Positions 26,291 through 37,730 of a stretch of DNA of 64,000 bases are shown here, one piece after another. Each line of letters opens with the position of its first letter. Within the stretch, counting starts at the first letter, position 1. The notes under the pieces are model-generated. The model searched no databases and was not told the DNA's origin. It saw only the letters and a list, made by a program, of their open reading frames with translations. The stretch lies in NCBI GenBank assembly GCA_964270895.1, contig OZ185440.1; one strand, given 5' to 3'. Origin of the DNA: Podarcis filfolensis (taxonomy: Eukaryota). The position numbers and the translations under genes were made by a program.

Positions 26291-28643
26291 AGCAACACAC
26301 AGGTAATCTAACCTGAATGTTACCAGTCCAGAGCATAGATAAGTGAAGTCAAACTATTAATATTCCAAGTAGAGTTGCATGTGGTGCATCACCTTAAGCT
26401 TATAAAAAGGATGCCATTCCATGGAAGCAACTCACACTTCAAGTGACACAAGTTGTACCTAAGTGTCTACACTCTCTTGTTCCTTACTTGTATCAGAAAA
26501 ATTTCCAGTGTGTGCTGACCCAAGTTACTGGAAGACCCAAATCACTGAATGAGAGCAATTTTTAAAGAATAAAATCTTTATGGACTACTGTGGGATAGCC
26601 CTCCATCAAAATAATGCTTGGGTCAATTAAAAGCCCTTCCTTATTGAGGCTTTACTTAGCTTCAGGTTGTGAAGGAGCAAGAGGCAACAAAAATAAGCCT
26701 ATCATCTCAGTCATTCCCTACTGTTTCTTCACTAGCAGAGGGCAGCCCATAACAGGCATATCATGAAGCCTGCAGGAAGCAAAGGAAAGTGGAAAGAGCA
26801 GACTTTGGTCATTTCCTGTAAAAAGAGCCTGACTGCAATGTGCAGAGAATAACTTGTCTTGGTAGCTGAGAGCATTTGGACCTTTTCACAAATGAAGCAA
26901 CCCAATCTTTTAAAAACAAAACCTGTGTTTATATAAGCTAGCTGCATGAATTCTTGTTGGGCAAATTAACTCTGTGATATGACTCAATATGTAGAGAAAG
27001 AATTTTAACCATTTCAGTTGCTATGAGTGTTTCCATGATTTACAAAGCTCTCCTTCATGCAAGAGCTCAATGGAGACCAAGAGCTGGGAAAATCTATAAG
27101 CTATAAATGAACCAATATACTATCTTTAAATGAAATTGTTGCTAAAAGAAAAGAACATACACTTGCTTCATTAAGGCAAATTATTACTTGGGGCATATTA
27201 TTTGGGACTAAAAGCAAGACCTTGAGATGTTAAACTGGCCCCCCAAAGCTTGAAATACGTGTTTCTTTAGTATTTAAATCAATTGGCAATTAGTGCTTTA
27301 ATTTCTTTTGTGTATAGAATGAAATATTGGCTCCAGCAATATTTGTATTTTGTAGGAAAAGGTAATGCGTATCTTGAGAACTGTAATGCATATCTTGAGA
27401 ACTTTAACTTTCCTTGCCTATTGTTTTAGATAGTAGAATTGAAGTGTATTGCACTATTGCATTATTTGTAATAAGGGTGCCAAGAATCTATCATCAAAGT
27501 AGTATGGAATTCCTGTCGCCTAGGCAGCCCAGGACTTCCAGACACACTGTCTAGGCTTGTGCCCTTAGTAGTAGTGTCCAATATATTTCCAGCGAAAAGC
27601 AGTAAAGTTCAATTCCATACACATACTATTTTCTGTGGAGGTGGATGAGAGGATTTTCACAGCACAAATCCTATCTTTGCATGTCTGCTTGGCTGTATTC
27701 TCCATTTTGCTCATGAATCCAACTCCCTAGTAAGTGTGCTTGGGATTGCATTCTCAGAATTGAATAAGCTTGAAAGGAGGGCAGCTGCTCATAGAATGTG
27801 CACTTATTCTACCACCACTTCCGATAAGCAGATTCTGTAGGTTTTCAAAATAGTACAAAATCTGTAAAACCTTCTTGACCAGAAACAACAGTGGGCATGG
27901 CTACCCTTAAAAGGTACAGGACAGATCACACTGCACACACCGCAGTTCTTTAATTTCCCCTTCTGTTTCTGCTGACCCTCTTCTCCATGACAGTGGTGGT
28001 GGTGACCCGTCCTCGTCCCAGATTATTTTTTTGTCAGTTTGGGTGCATGTTTTTCTTTTTAATAGCAGTGGTAGCCTCTCTGCTTGGAGCATATCATAAT
28101 CCGAATGATATGGCTAATCAAATGGCAATGCTGGTTACCAATTACCCTGCTTCAGCAAAGGATATTCAACTAGATTTTCAGATCCTGTTTGAAAGAAGCT
28201 GCAGTTGCGCCATTTTATGACATTATGCTATGTTGTAATATTTTTTCACCTGGTTTTTCCTCTGCAAGTAGTTACACTGTATTTTATAATATACTGGAAG
28301 CCATATGCCTGGTAATATTTTGCAGCTTCATACAGGCAAATAATGTTTTACTTATAAGCAAAACAAGTTGGATGAAAAAAGCCCAGTTGAACACATTTAC
28401 AAACATAAACATTGATGAAAATAAAAATGCAAATCCTCACTCTTACCAGAACACACTGATCTAGTTCCAATGTATCACAACAAAGTAGAACGTTTTCCCC
28501 CTACATCAGAAATGGAATAGGAGTCAATGATGTTAATTACTTGCAGAAGAGTTACAGTTTTACATACAATATGAATATTTAGTAGGGAGACTTCCTTATT
28601 AATATTTCATAAGAATACTGGCCATCCAAGCTACTTAATAGAT

Positions 28644-29530
28644 TTAAACTTTTAATAAAGATTCTACTGAAAAAGACAGTATCTGCTTGTTTATTTCTGA
28701 GCAACACTCTTGAGATAAATGCCTTACATCAGTGTTCCCCAACCTTGGGCCTCCAGCTGTTTTTGGACTACAATTCCCATCATCCTTGACCACTGGTCTT
28801 GCTAGCGAGGGATGATGGGAGTTGTAGTCCAAAAACAGCTGGAGGCCCAAGGTTGGGGAACACCGCCTTACATCCTCCTTGACTTCAAGACCTGTATCAT
28901 TAACATTGTGATTTTCTTGTTTTGCGTGATGATTACACAAAATACAGTATCTGGCTGCCATGTCTATTAATTCTTTATTTTCTTGGCGTTTTATTATTTT
29001 GGGGCTCCAATTATTCTCAAGTAAGAGAAGATCTCTGGAAAAGACACTGGACAGAGCTTGCTCCTTCCAGTCACAATTATTTTCTCTGTACACATTTAGG
29101 TATTTATTCACGTTCTCCTCACAGGTACGTTTCTGTGAAGTGCCACCTTCAGTTTGGCTTGCTGTGATAAAAGCTACATTCAAAGGAGAAGTGTCTGTGA
29201 TTTTATAAATGCAAGGTCCACAGTCTAGAACCTTGGTATTTGAATGCAGCAAAGGAAAACAAATATTCAACATACCAGAGTTAACGCATGTCAAGTAATT
29301 AAGGTAATCATGTCCACTTTGGAATACGTTTTCCTCAAGGGCTGGTAAGTGCTCTCTGCTCAGCAGCTGTCTTCTCTGATGGGCAGCAAATCCGTCAAAG
29401 GTTCTTTGTCGAAGTTCCCTTTCCAGCATTATTGATTCTAACTCCTTGTCTGCAAATGCCCTTCTTTTCCTCATTCTCTCACTGAGACTAGAAAGGCAAT
29501 GTTCTGTTTCCTGGGAGGGTGGACTATTTG
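28644..29530 (-). CDS. DMRT2B: dmrt2b-like coding exon 3 (887 nt, phase 1 to stop), includes an in-frame MITE
   Basis: Acceptor cttttcctttggattttgttgtag| ends at 29531. Encodes the DMRT2-specific box LSERMRKRRAFADKELESIMLERE and the C-terminal LSFSVESLLK motif; TAA ends at 28644. Confidence 0.9.
28730..28865. mobile_element. Palindromic hAT MITE (136 bp) inserted in the dmrt2b coding sequence
   Basis: 56-bp inverted arms (54/56 match) starting CAGTGTTCCCCAACCTTGGG; 8-bp TSD CCTTACAT at 28722-28729 and 28866-28873. Confidence 0.95.
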
Positions 29531-30233
29531 CTACAACAAAATCCAAAGGAAAAGGACAGTTATTGTGCAAAGCCTGGCATTAGGTGCTTTCAAACATTAT
29601 GCATTTCCTTTACAGAAAGCATCACGCGGTAAAAGCGGTATTACTAAGAAACCTGTGTGTAAGTTGTCACATCACAGGTAATAGTTGCACGTGCCAGTCA
29701 TTAACTGTTTGTACACGTTGTATAGTTGAAAGTGTAGCATAGTGAAAGTGCACCCATACGCTTGTCACATACAACAGCTAACAGCTAACTACACCAGTGT
29801 ATTTCATGTGTAGGTAATATCATATGTAATTAAGACATCTGAAGCAGCCTTTGTGCTTAAATACAGCTGACACCAATAAAATCAAGAACACTCAGTTCAT
29901 ACTCAAATCAGTTGCACTTAGGTATACTTAGCTTCTCTGGAATGCATCCAGTATTCACTCATGCAATGTAATGTCAACCAGAGTCTTGACTAGAAATGCC
30001 ATTGTTACACAATCTTTTGATGTTTTTTAAGGGTTTGGAGAGTCATGCCTAAAGAGGTCTTCATAAGTAGATGCTTATTTATGGAATGTGTCAGGAATAT
30101 AAAATAAACATTCATTTCACAGCTATAACAACTTATTGTCCTATATCAATACCACATTTTACAATGGAATGCATTAAAAGGGAAGAACCTACTAGGTTTG
30201 TTTCAAGTGTATTTCCTACATGCAGGCACATAC

Positions 30234-30342
30234 CTTCCGGTGAGTGTCTAGCCAACAACCTGGCAGTCTGCTTGGTCTTGCAATGGAAGTTTAATCTGTG
30301 GCCAGAAACTGAACATTCACTGCTCCTCATGGCTTTCTTAAC
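30234..30342 (-). CDS. DMRT2B: dmrt2b-like coding exon 2 (109 nt, phase 0-1): VKKAMRSSECSVSGHRLNFHCKTKQTARLLARHSPE
   Basis: Strong acceptor tcctcttctttttgttgttgcatag| and donor GAAG|gtatgt. Length, phase and ends (xKK...LLA...EG) correspond to the DMRT2 middle exon, and it links exons 1 and 3 in frame. Confidence 0.85.
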
Positions 30343-30891
30343 CTATGCAACAACAAAAAGAAGAGGACATTCATCAACACCATAGCTATTTTTGCTTACT
30401 AACAATGTCCATGCTTGCCTGCTAAAATAATACTGAAAACATTCAAGCTATTTGGAAGCAAATAAGAAAAGCTGCATTATGATCAAAAGACAACTTTCCC
30501 CCAGGATGCATTACAATTATATAGTTTACATTAGGGGTTTATTATTGCTGTTTTAAATACATATAACATGAACTCAAAGAAAGGGAACTTGTCTTCAATA
30601 GCAGTAAACCAATGACAGTGCCAGGCCCAGACAGCTCCACTAGCACCCAAATTAATTTAAGAAGCTTAAACTATTTACACTGAATCCATCCCATTTAAAA
30701 GTTAATGTTACTCAGCTTCGGTCTACATGAGGCAAAGCTTACTAAAGACTGGAACTTGTTTTAGCTGAAACGCAGAACCAGATTCCAGTGACTTTCTCAG
30801 GAAATGGTGCTTCAGGAGAGGGCAGTTTTAAGGTTACTTTCCTTACATTATTCCTCAGCTTCACATCCTCCCTGTTTGTTTTTGTGTCACT

Positions 30892-31098
30892 TAGAATCAT
30901 AGAACCGTAGAGTTGGAAGGGACCTCAAGGGTCATCTAGTCCAAACCCATGCAATGCAGGAATTGCAACCAAAGCATCCATGACAGTTGACCATCCAACC
31001 TCTGCCTAAAAACCTCTAGAGGAGAGGAGTCCACCACCTTCCCAAAGAGTCCATTCCAATGTCGAACATGACTTACCGCCAGAAAGGTCTTCCTGATG
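30892..31098 (-). mobile_element. CR1 LINE 3' end in dmrt2b intron 1
   Basis: TAGAATCATAGAA...GGAAGGGACC...GGTCATCTAGTCCAA is the reverse complement of the standard CR1 3' UTR and tail. Confidence 0.8.
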
Positions 31099-31640
31099 CA
31101 AATGCTTTATTTTTTGTTCTGGAAAAGCTTACTGCCCTATAAAACTAGCATGGGCCCAGAAGCTAAGCAAAAAGCCCACCCCACTGCCCAGGGCACACAC
31201 CAATGAAGCTAAAACTAAAGCCAGCTGAACTTACAGGAGCAAATTCAGCAGCTGAAGCTTTTTGCTTTGCTACAGGAAAAAAACTTCACAGCTGAAGATG
31301 CTCCTGCATTGCAACGAATAAAGGCAAGGTGGGGGGTTTGCCTCTGAGGCGGGGATCCTGCTTATACTGTACAGGGACTAGTACGTTCTTAGTTTAAACA
31401 GCAACTATTCAACTTGCCAGAGTTGCCCATACTGGCAAATGTGGCCCTCTGAGGGGGCCCCACATCACATGCCCTGAGGCATTTCCGCCATTCCCCCACC
31501 CGCCGCCGCCGCCTGAGGGGATTTCTTTAGCCATTACTAACCGTTCCGCTGCTCCACCACCGAAATTAATACAACTCAGTGCTGAAGCAAGTTGTTCAGG
31601 TAAGTTTTTAATGTCTCACATTATTATTATTTTTATATTT

Positions 31641-31711
31641 TGCTGGAAGTTGCCCAGAGTGGCTGGGGAAACCCAGTCAGATGGGCGGGGTATAAACAAT
31701 AAAATTATTAT
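31641..31711 (+). mobile_element. L2/CR1-group LINE 3' tail; copies on the minus strand at about 43311-43400 and 55970-56090
   Basis: GCCCAGAGTGGCTGGGGAAACCCAGTCAGATGGGCGGGGTATAAAC followed by (ATT)n; three similar copies occur in the window. Confidence 0.7.
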
Positions 31712-31799
31712 TAACTGTCACCATCATCCTCACCATTATTATTATTATTATTATTGTGTTATGGCCTCTTAAGGACTCCAGAGCCGTCAGCAAGGAGAG

Positions 31800-32500
31800 A
31801 GGGGCCCGAGGAGGAGCCCTGCTGGCTCTACAGCCGGCGTTGTGTTTCCCGCCCCTGCTGATTTTTTCCCCCGCGCAAGGCGCGCGCGCCCACTCACCTG
31901 GCCGGCCACCTGGTCTTGGTGCCTCCTCAGCGCCACCTGCGCGGCCGTCACGCGCTGCCTCTCGAGCACCAGCAAGCACGCGGCGCACGCGCACTCCCGC
32001 CAGCGGCACAGCCGCTTGTGGCCCTTGAGGCTGGACACCACGCCGTGGTTCCTGCAGCGCGCGCACTTGGGCAGTCGCTGGCTCAGCAGGCGCCGCGAGC
32101 CGGTGCTGAAAGCGCCGCAGCAGCCCTCGACCTCATGGCCGGGGCGCTCTGAAGAGTTGACGGGGCGGGCAGACTTAGCTTTTCGCTGCTGCCTGGAGGG
32201 CAAGGGCAACATGACGGACCTCTTGCTCGCTGTCTCAGGCCTTCTGAAGCTGTAGCTACTTTTTTTTTTTGGTGGGCTTGAAGGCACCTGCACAGGTTGG
32301 GCTTCACTTTGCTAGACGACAGCAAAGCCGCGTCGCATTTGCAACTTGTCGGGGCTGTAGCGCCCTCTGGCCGAGTCTGCGGCTGCTTCCCGTCGGCTCT
32401 CCTCTACAGCCGTGTCTTCTTCTGTCCTGCGTATTAGTAGCACCTTTTCTGATGAAGGCTCAGCCCGGCCCAGCCGTGATCTTTGACGTCAGTTCTCCAC
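31800..32500. promoter_or_regulatory. CpG island over dmrt2b exon 1 and promoter, with a full CRE (TGACGTCA, 32484-32491) and a CTCF-like motif (32358-32376)
   Basis: Dense CpG in an otherwise CpG-poor window; motifs read directly, function inferred. Confidence 0.65.
31898..32212 (-). CDS. DMRT2B: dmrt2b-like coding exon 1 with the DM zinc domain ([52 protein letters not shown])
   Basis: ATG at 32212, DMRT2-type DM domain, donor CAG|gtgagt at 31897 (phase 0). The spliced CDS is 1311 nt (436 aa). The frame stays open up to 32293 and a possible acceptor ends at 32288, so the start could be further upstream. The 2b assignment rests on its position next to DMRTB1. Confidence 0.9.
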
Positions 32501-33585
32501 TTCTCCCCACCACTTTCCACTCAATCAAATCTATTCTAGGCTTAACCCCTAAAATGCTATAGGACACAAGGCTCTGCTTTGCCGTCCTTCCCACAACACA
32601 CACGTATCGACCCATTTTCGAGTCCTGTACTACATCAATTATTGCCAAGAATCGGATGCATTATGAGAAGAACCTGGACTGTCAGCCTTGCAAGGCACAG
32701 TAAGTGAGGACGGTAATTCAAAATTACGCCTACCAGTGAGCAAGGACTAGGGCGATGTGTTTATTATGTTTCTTCATTACCTTTCTGGCAAGATACTCAC
32801 GGCATTTTACAGCAGAAAAGCACAAAAACAGATGCAACTCCTCCCCCAGCCAGTAAGAAAAAAAAATAATGGAGATTGCAACAGCAGATTTTAAAAAAAT
32901 AATTTTTGTAAATAGGAAACGGTCCTGAAAAACTCCACTGAAATAAGAGTTTTTACTGAACTTTCTTCAGTGGTTCACAGTCTTGACTTAGTCATTTAGC
33001 ATTTTAAAATCAAAACTAGCACCTTGAAACATGGCTGGAAGCAAATCAGTAACCAGTGAAGCTAGTAAAGGATTGGCATAATGTGATACAGCTGGCAGTT
33101 GCATGTGGAACTAATGGAACCTTTTGGGCATTATTTAATGACGGCTCCATGTAGAACATACTGCAGTACTGTAATCCAATCTCAAATTAACAAGAAATTA
33201 CTTTTGGTGTGTAATTCAAAGTTGGTAAAAAGCTGTCCTAGCCACCACTGATATCTGAGCATCTAAGTGCAGTTTTGAGTCTAGAACGCTCAAACTATGT
33301 ATACTTTTTTCCTCATTCAAATGCAGATGTATACATATTTAATCATTTAAATGATTAAAACTAACATGATTAATTGACTAAGATTTATTTAAAAGGGTGA
33401 TAGTCCTATTAATTGGTACGATAAACTAACATTTTAATCTACAATTACAATCTCTTAGCTAACTGATGAAATGAACAATAAATTTCAGGATTTGGGGCTC
33501 TTGTAGCACCAATAACTACAAGACTAGGTAAAAAAATAGTTTGCCATACTTATGACAATTGGCTTCTCTCTCATACTTTCCTATA

Positions 33586-33811
33586 TAGTGATACCTCAGG
33601 TTAACTACTTAATTTGTTCCGGAGGTCCGTTCTTAATCTGAAACTGTTCTTAACCTGAAGCACCACTTTAGTTAATGGGGCCTCCTGCTGCTGCCGCGCC
33701 GCCAGAGCACGATTTCTGTTCTCATCCTGAAGCAAAGTTCTTAACCCGAGGTACTATATCTGGGTTAGCGGAGTCTGTAACCTGAAGCGTATGTAACCCG
33801 AGGTACCACTT
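33586..33811 (-). mobile_element. Tigger-like MITE, inverted copy of 7128-7353
   Basis: Same internal sequence in reverse; TA flanks at 33584-33585 and 33812-33813. Confidence 0.9.
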
Positions 33812-34889
33812 TACTTCACAAAAGTCCACTCTCAAGGATCCACAAACAAACAAAAAAGAAACATTCTTTTATATTTAAATACACTATAGTTATTTAAAAT
33901 ATAGAATATTGACTTGAAAACCAGAAAATTCAAAAGCTTACATCTGTAGCACTACAAAAACAAGCAGAACTGCATACATCATTGCAAAATGATCCATGAT
34001 CTCTTGATCCAACTGCTGTTTGTCTTCAGTGTTATGAATTTCAAATTCAGGGTCAACTTTTAAATATAGTGTTTGATTCAGAACTAAAATACTAGAAGAT
34101 AATACTCCCATGTTGTAACACGTGTTCACCTAAGTAGTTGTAACACATGCTCACACAAGTAGTCTTGCACAGCTCTCACTCCTTTTGGTTGAGTTTGCAC
34201 ACAAGAATTTCTTACATGGTGGATTGTGACCTAGTGCACTAGTGCATTATTGTGACCTAGGCCACAATAATTTGTCCATCCTGGCTCATTTGTGATATGA
34301 AAGAGTGATTTCAGCCATGCAGTGATATGGCAAAACGCATCCTGACTAAAATGCCTTTGGCTCTGGATGTTGTTCGGTCACTTGAAATAGGAAATTTTTA
34401 TTAATCCTTCTATTGCTGCTCATTAGGTAAGCCAAGTAGGTATATGTTTGAATTTTCCATTAATTCTTCAACACTGTACTAGTAATTGTATTCAGATAAA
34501 AGTAACCTTGTTAATGTCCCCTCCGCCTTTTAAACATTTGAAGTCTGTTTCAGAACAAAAATGTGACATTTCAAAACTTAAGATCAGTATCAATGTTTAA
34601 TAGATTTAAGCAAAGAAAATGAAACTAACATTTGTAGCTGGTCTTTTTACAACGGAACACATTAAAGCAGAATGCTGTTCTTCATTCTTATTCTGATTTA
34701 TTACAAAAATAAATCCTATCAGGTAAGAACTGTGCTCTTTGCAAGGATGCTACTTTTTCCCAAAGTAAAGGCTGAGTAAGTAAAGGCTCTTCCCCACTTC
34801 TTGTCTCTGGTTTTGGACTAAGCCATAATTAACATGAAACAGTTATATAAATGACACAGTTCAAACGCTGAGCATGAAGAGCTACACTT

Positions 34890-35213
34890 ATACCCTGCCT
34901 GCACTGTATATTTAAAGGCCTTGAAGCAGTCAGAGCTTCCCCCAAAGAATCCTGGGAACTTGTTCGTTAAGGGTGCTTAGAGTTGCTAGGGGACCTCTGT
35001 TCTCCTCCCAGAGTAACACTTCTCAGAGTGGTTTAACAGCCAACCTCTCTTCCCAGAGAACTCTGGGAGTGTAGCTCTGGGAGGAGAACGGGGGTCTCCT
35101 AATCCCTCACAGCATCATAAACAAAAAAACCAGTTCCCAGGATTCTTTGGGGCAGGCCCTGACTGTTTTTAAGGTGGGATGACGCTGCTTTAAATGTATA
35201 GTGCAGATGAGGC
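34890..35213. mobile_element. Palindromic MITE of the family at 5969-6120
   Basis: CTGCACTGTATATTTAAAG / CTTTAAATGTATAGTGCAG termini and an inverted CCCAAAGAATCCTGGGAACT pair. Confidence 0.65.
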
Positions 35214-35742
35214 CTTAATCATAGTGGTAACTGTTAACTCTGCTATCCCAAATTGATCCCAACTGTTCAGCCATATGAACCACAACTCTCTTCATGGTCT
35301 GTTATCATTAGCAGGCCCTTGAAACTCAACAGTTATTTCCCTATAAACATTTCTGTTTAGGGAGAAGGTTCTTCCCATTATGTGTATTGCAGCTCTAATA
35401 CCTGCTGAAGCATAAAAAAGCATCTGAGCCATCCCTCTATAGTTCCTCTCCTGAACTTTGAAAGAAATACACAGCTGCAGCACAAGCGTAAGTTAGGGGT
35501 GCCAACTTGTCAGAAAAAGAATTAGCCTGATTCTGGGGTTTTAATACCAGCCTGATATGGAAGAATTAGCAAATTAAGCAATGGAGATAATCACCATCGC
35601 CTGCTAATATCTACATAGCAAACTCTTGTTAAAGGCTCAGACAGAAGCAGATAACAAAAGCTGGCAAGCCAAGAAATGGCTAGAATATCCACTTTCACAA
35701 GCACAGGCTGGTAGGTGGTGTGAAAGTGTGACCAGACATAAC

Positions 35743-35748
35743 TTTATT
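35743..35748 (-). terminator. Candidate DMRTB1 polyadenylation signal AATAAA
   Basis: TTTATT on the + strand, about 300 nt past the stop; use not demonstrable. Confidence 0.35.
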
Positions 35749-36051
35749 TGGGGATCGCATGTACTTGAGCACATCTGATCTGCTACAGTTTACATTAAAC
35801 CTGAGTTGAGCCTGCATTAACTTCCTGCCCATCTGCATGTCAGAAACAGACTATGAAGATTCCTAAACTTCCACTTTGGCACTAAGGCACCAAGCAGCAG
35901 AAATTCCTGTGTGGATAGCACCTGATAGACCAAATGTTGTGAACAATACCAACCCAAATACTGACGTGACCAGTCAGTGACGCAAAACAAAACATCGCTT
36001 TCAGAATGGCACCACTTGAAGTCAACATTTGAACATGACTTCTTGGTGCAT

Positions 36052-36155
36052 TTAGTGCTCAGAATATGAGGAACATTTTCCACTGGCATCTTCCTGAGAA
36101 GATGACAGGCTGCGTTCAGATGTCACTCCAGAATCCTGGCTATCTGCAGGTGTAG
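36052..36155 (-). CDS. DMRTB1: DMRTB1 exon 4: (A)TPADSQDSGVTSERSLSSSQEDASGKCSSYSEH*
   Basis: Acceptor ttgttcttctgcttctgtatttcag|, phase 1 matching exon 3; resembles the human DDQDAEVLSGEPSQPSSQEQSD terminus (from memory). Confidence 0.8.
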
Positions 36156-37594
36156 CTGAAATACAGAAGCAGAAGAACAATCCAGTGATTTCAGGTTCTT
36201 TGTATGAATCTGCTCTTTATTATTAATCCAAGGAATTCTCTGTTTGTTTTAATTTCATGTCCATTTTTGATCTTGAATCATACAAATATCAGAAATACAA
36301 ATAAGCTTAGCACCTCATGTTATTATAGCTTGTATCTTTCTAGTTTGCAGATGGTGGCTTATTAGATCAACTCCCCAATACTACTGCAAATATACAACTT
36401 ACTTCATGTAGTCTACAAAGATGCTATAAAATCCTTGAAGTTTCAAACAACCGCTCCCCCCCCCCAAATTGACAACTCTAAAGAGTTTGAGATTAATTTC
36501 CAAGTAGTTTGCCCTCTTGTGGCTACTCAAAAATTAAACATCAGAACTTAAAACTCCAAAAATAATTTTCACGTCCCACATTCATGCCATAGACTGTGAG
36601 AAAAGAATGGAAAGATTGGCTCTGTTCCTTTAAAATCTGGGGTGGTATCTGACTCATAACCTGAATAGATTACTGAAATTAATGGATTTGTTAGTCTGGG
36701 TCATCTATGAGTATGACTTAGAACTGTCCGTCAATGATATCTGACTTTCTGTAACTCCATTTGGCTAAAGATACGTATGACTAAATACACAGAGGACTAA
36801 ACCAGATAAATATACTTGTGAAAGCAAGGGTTGAAGGAGCATTTCACTACTAGCAGAAGTGTGCCTGCCAGACAGCACTATCAGCTAGATCCATTAGAAA
36901 AAAGCATCTTGCAAGCAAAGGAGAATACACATATAGTGCTTTTACAAAATGAACTTTGTTCCCATGTTGAAGTTAGCAGCTTTTCAAAACATACCTTCTC
37001 AGCTTGAGACAAGCTGCTGCTAGGAAGCAAACAATTTTTCAGTTTTCAGGCAACCTAATTATGTACACAAAACAGTATGTGGTGCTTCAGAGTATGTATT
37101 TAGGTCACATAGTTGTGAGTGCTTCTCTGCATCAAAAACAAAGCACATGTATAGGGAAAGAGTTTCAAGTCTAGCCTTTTCTTTGATGTGCTAGCTTTTC
37201 ATACATAGGATTTTAAAAAACAACAACAGGTAGGCATGAACATACAAATAAGAGCTATTTCATGAGTTATTTCAGCATGTTTCTATCAGCCATGTTTGTG
37301 GCAGAACAGGAAAAGTAGTTCTTCTGAAGGGAAAAGTTAACTCTGTTTGAAACTGTAGAAAATGTTTCTGTATCACAGCTGTGATCCAACCAAAGGTTGC
37401 CCATAGTATACTTGATTTTCCCCTACACTGGGCTAAAGGCATGAAACCAAGAAAGGTAAATAGTTAAGGGTTTTTGTGTGTGTGGTTTTTCCTTGACCTT
37501 ACCAAATCTGAAAGCAGCTATTAATTTATATTCCCACAATTCAAGATGAAAAGCAAACAGGAGCTAAATATTTTAAGAAGGACCATGCTAAAGA

Positions 37595-37730
37595 GGGAAG
37601 TGCTATAGCTCAGTGGTAAAATACACCCCACACAGGGCAAAAGGTTATAGGTTCAATGCCTAGTGTCTCCTGGTAACAGAAATATTCCTGCCTGAAACCC
37701 TGGAGAACAGCTGCCACTCAGTACAGAGTA
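37595..37730 (+). mobile_element. Degenerate tRNA-derived squamate SINE
   Basis: TAGCTCAGTGGTA A-box, GGTTCAATGCC B-box, CCTGCCTGAAACCCTGGAGA body; same family as 58916-59112. Confidence 0.7.

Noticed and set aside
30743-31343. Alternative candidates for the dmrt2b middle exon (30743-30809; 31235-31343)
   Set aside because: One has an in-frame stop and the other a weak acceptor and poor size match; 30234-30342 fits the splice signals, phase and homology better.
32300-36000. Remnant of a third DM-domain gene between DMRTB1 and dmrt2b
   Set aside because: No CxxCRNHG-like sequence was seen by eye; a TBLASTN search would be needed to exclude a very decayed relic.
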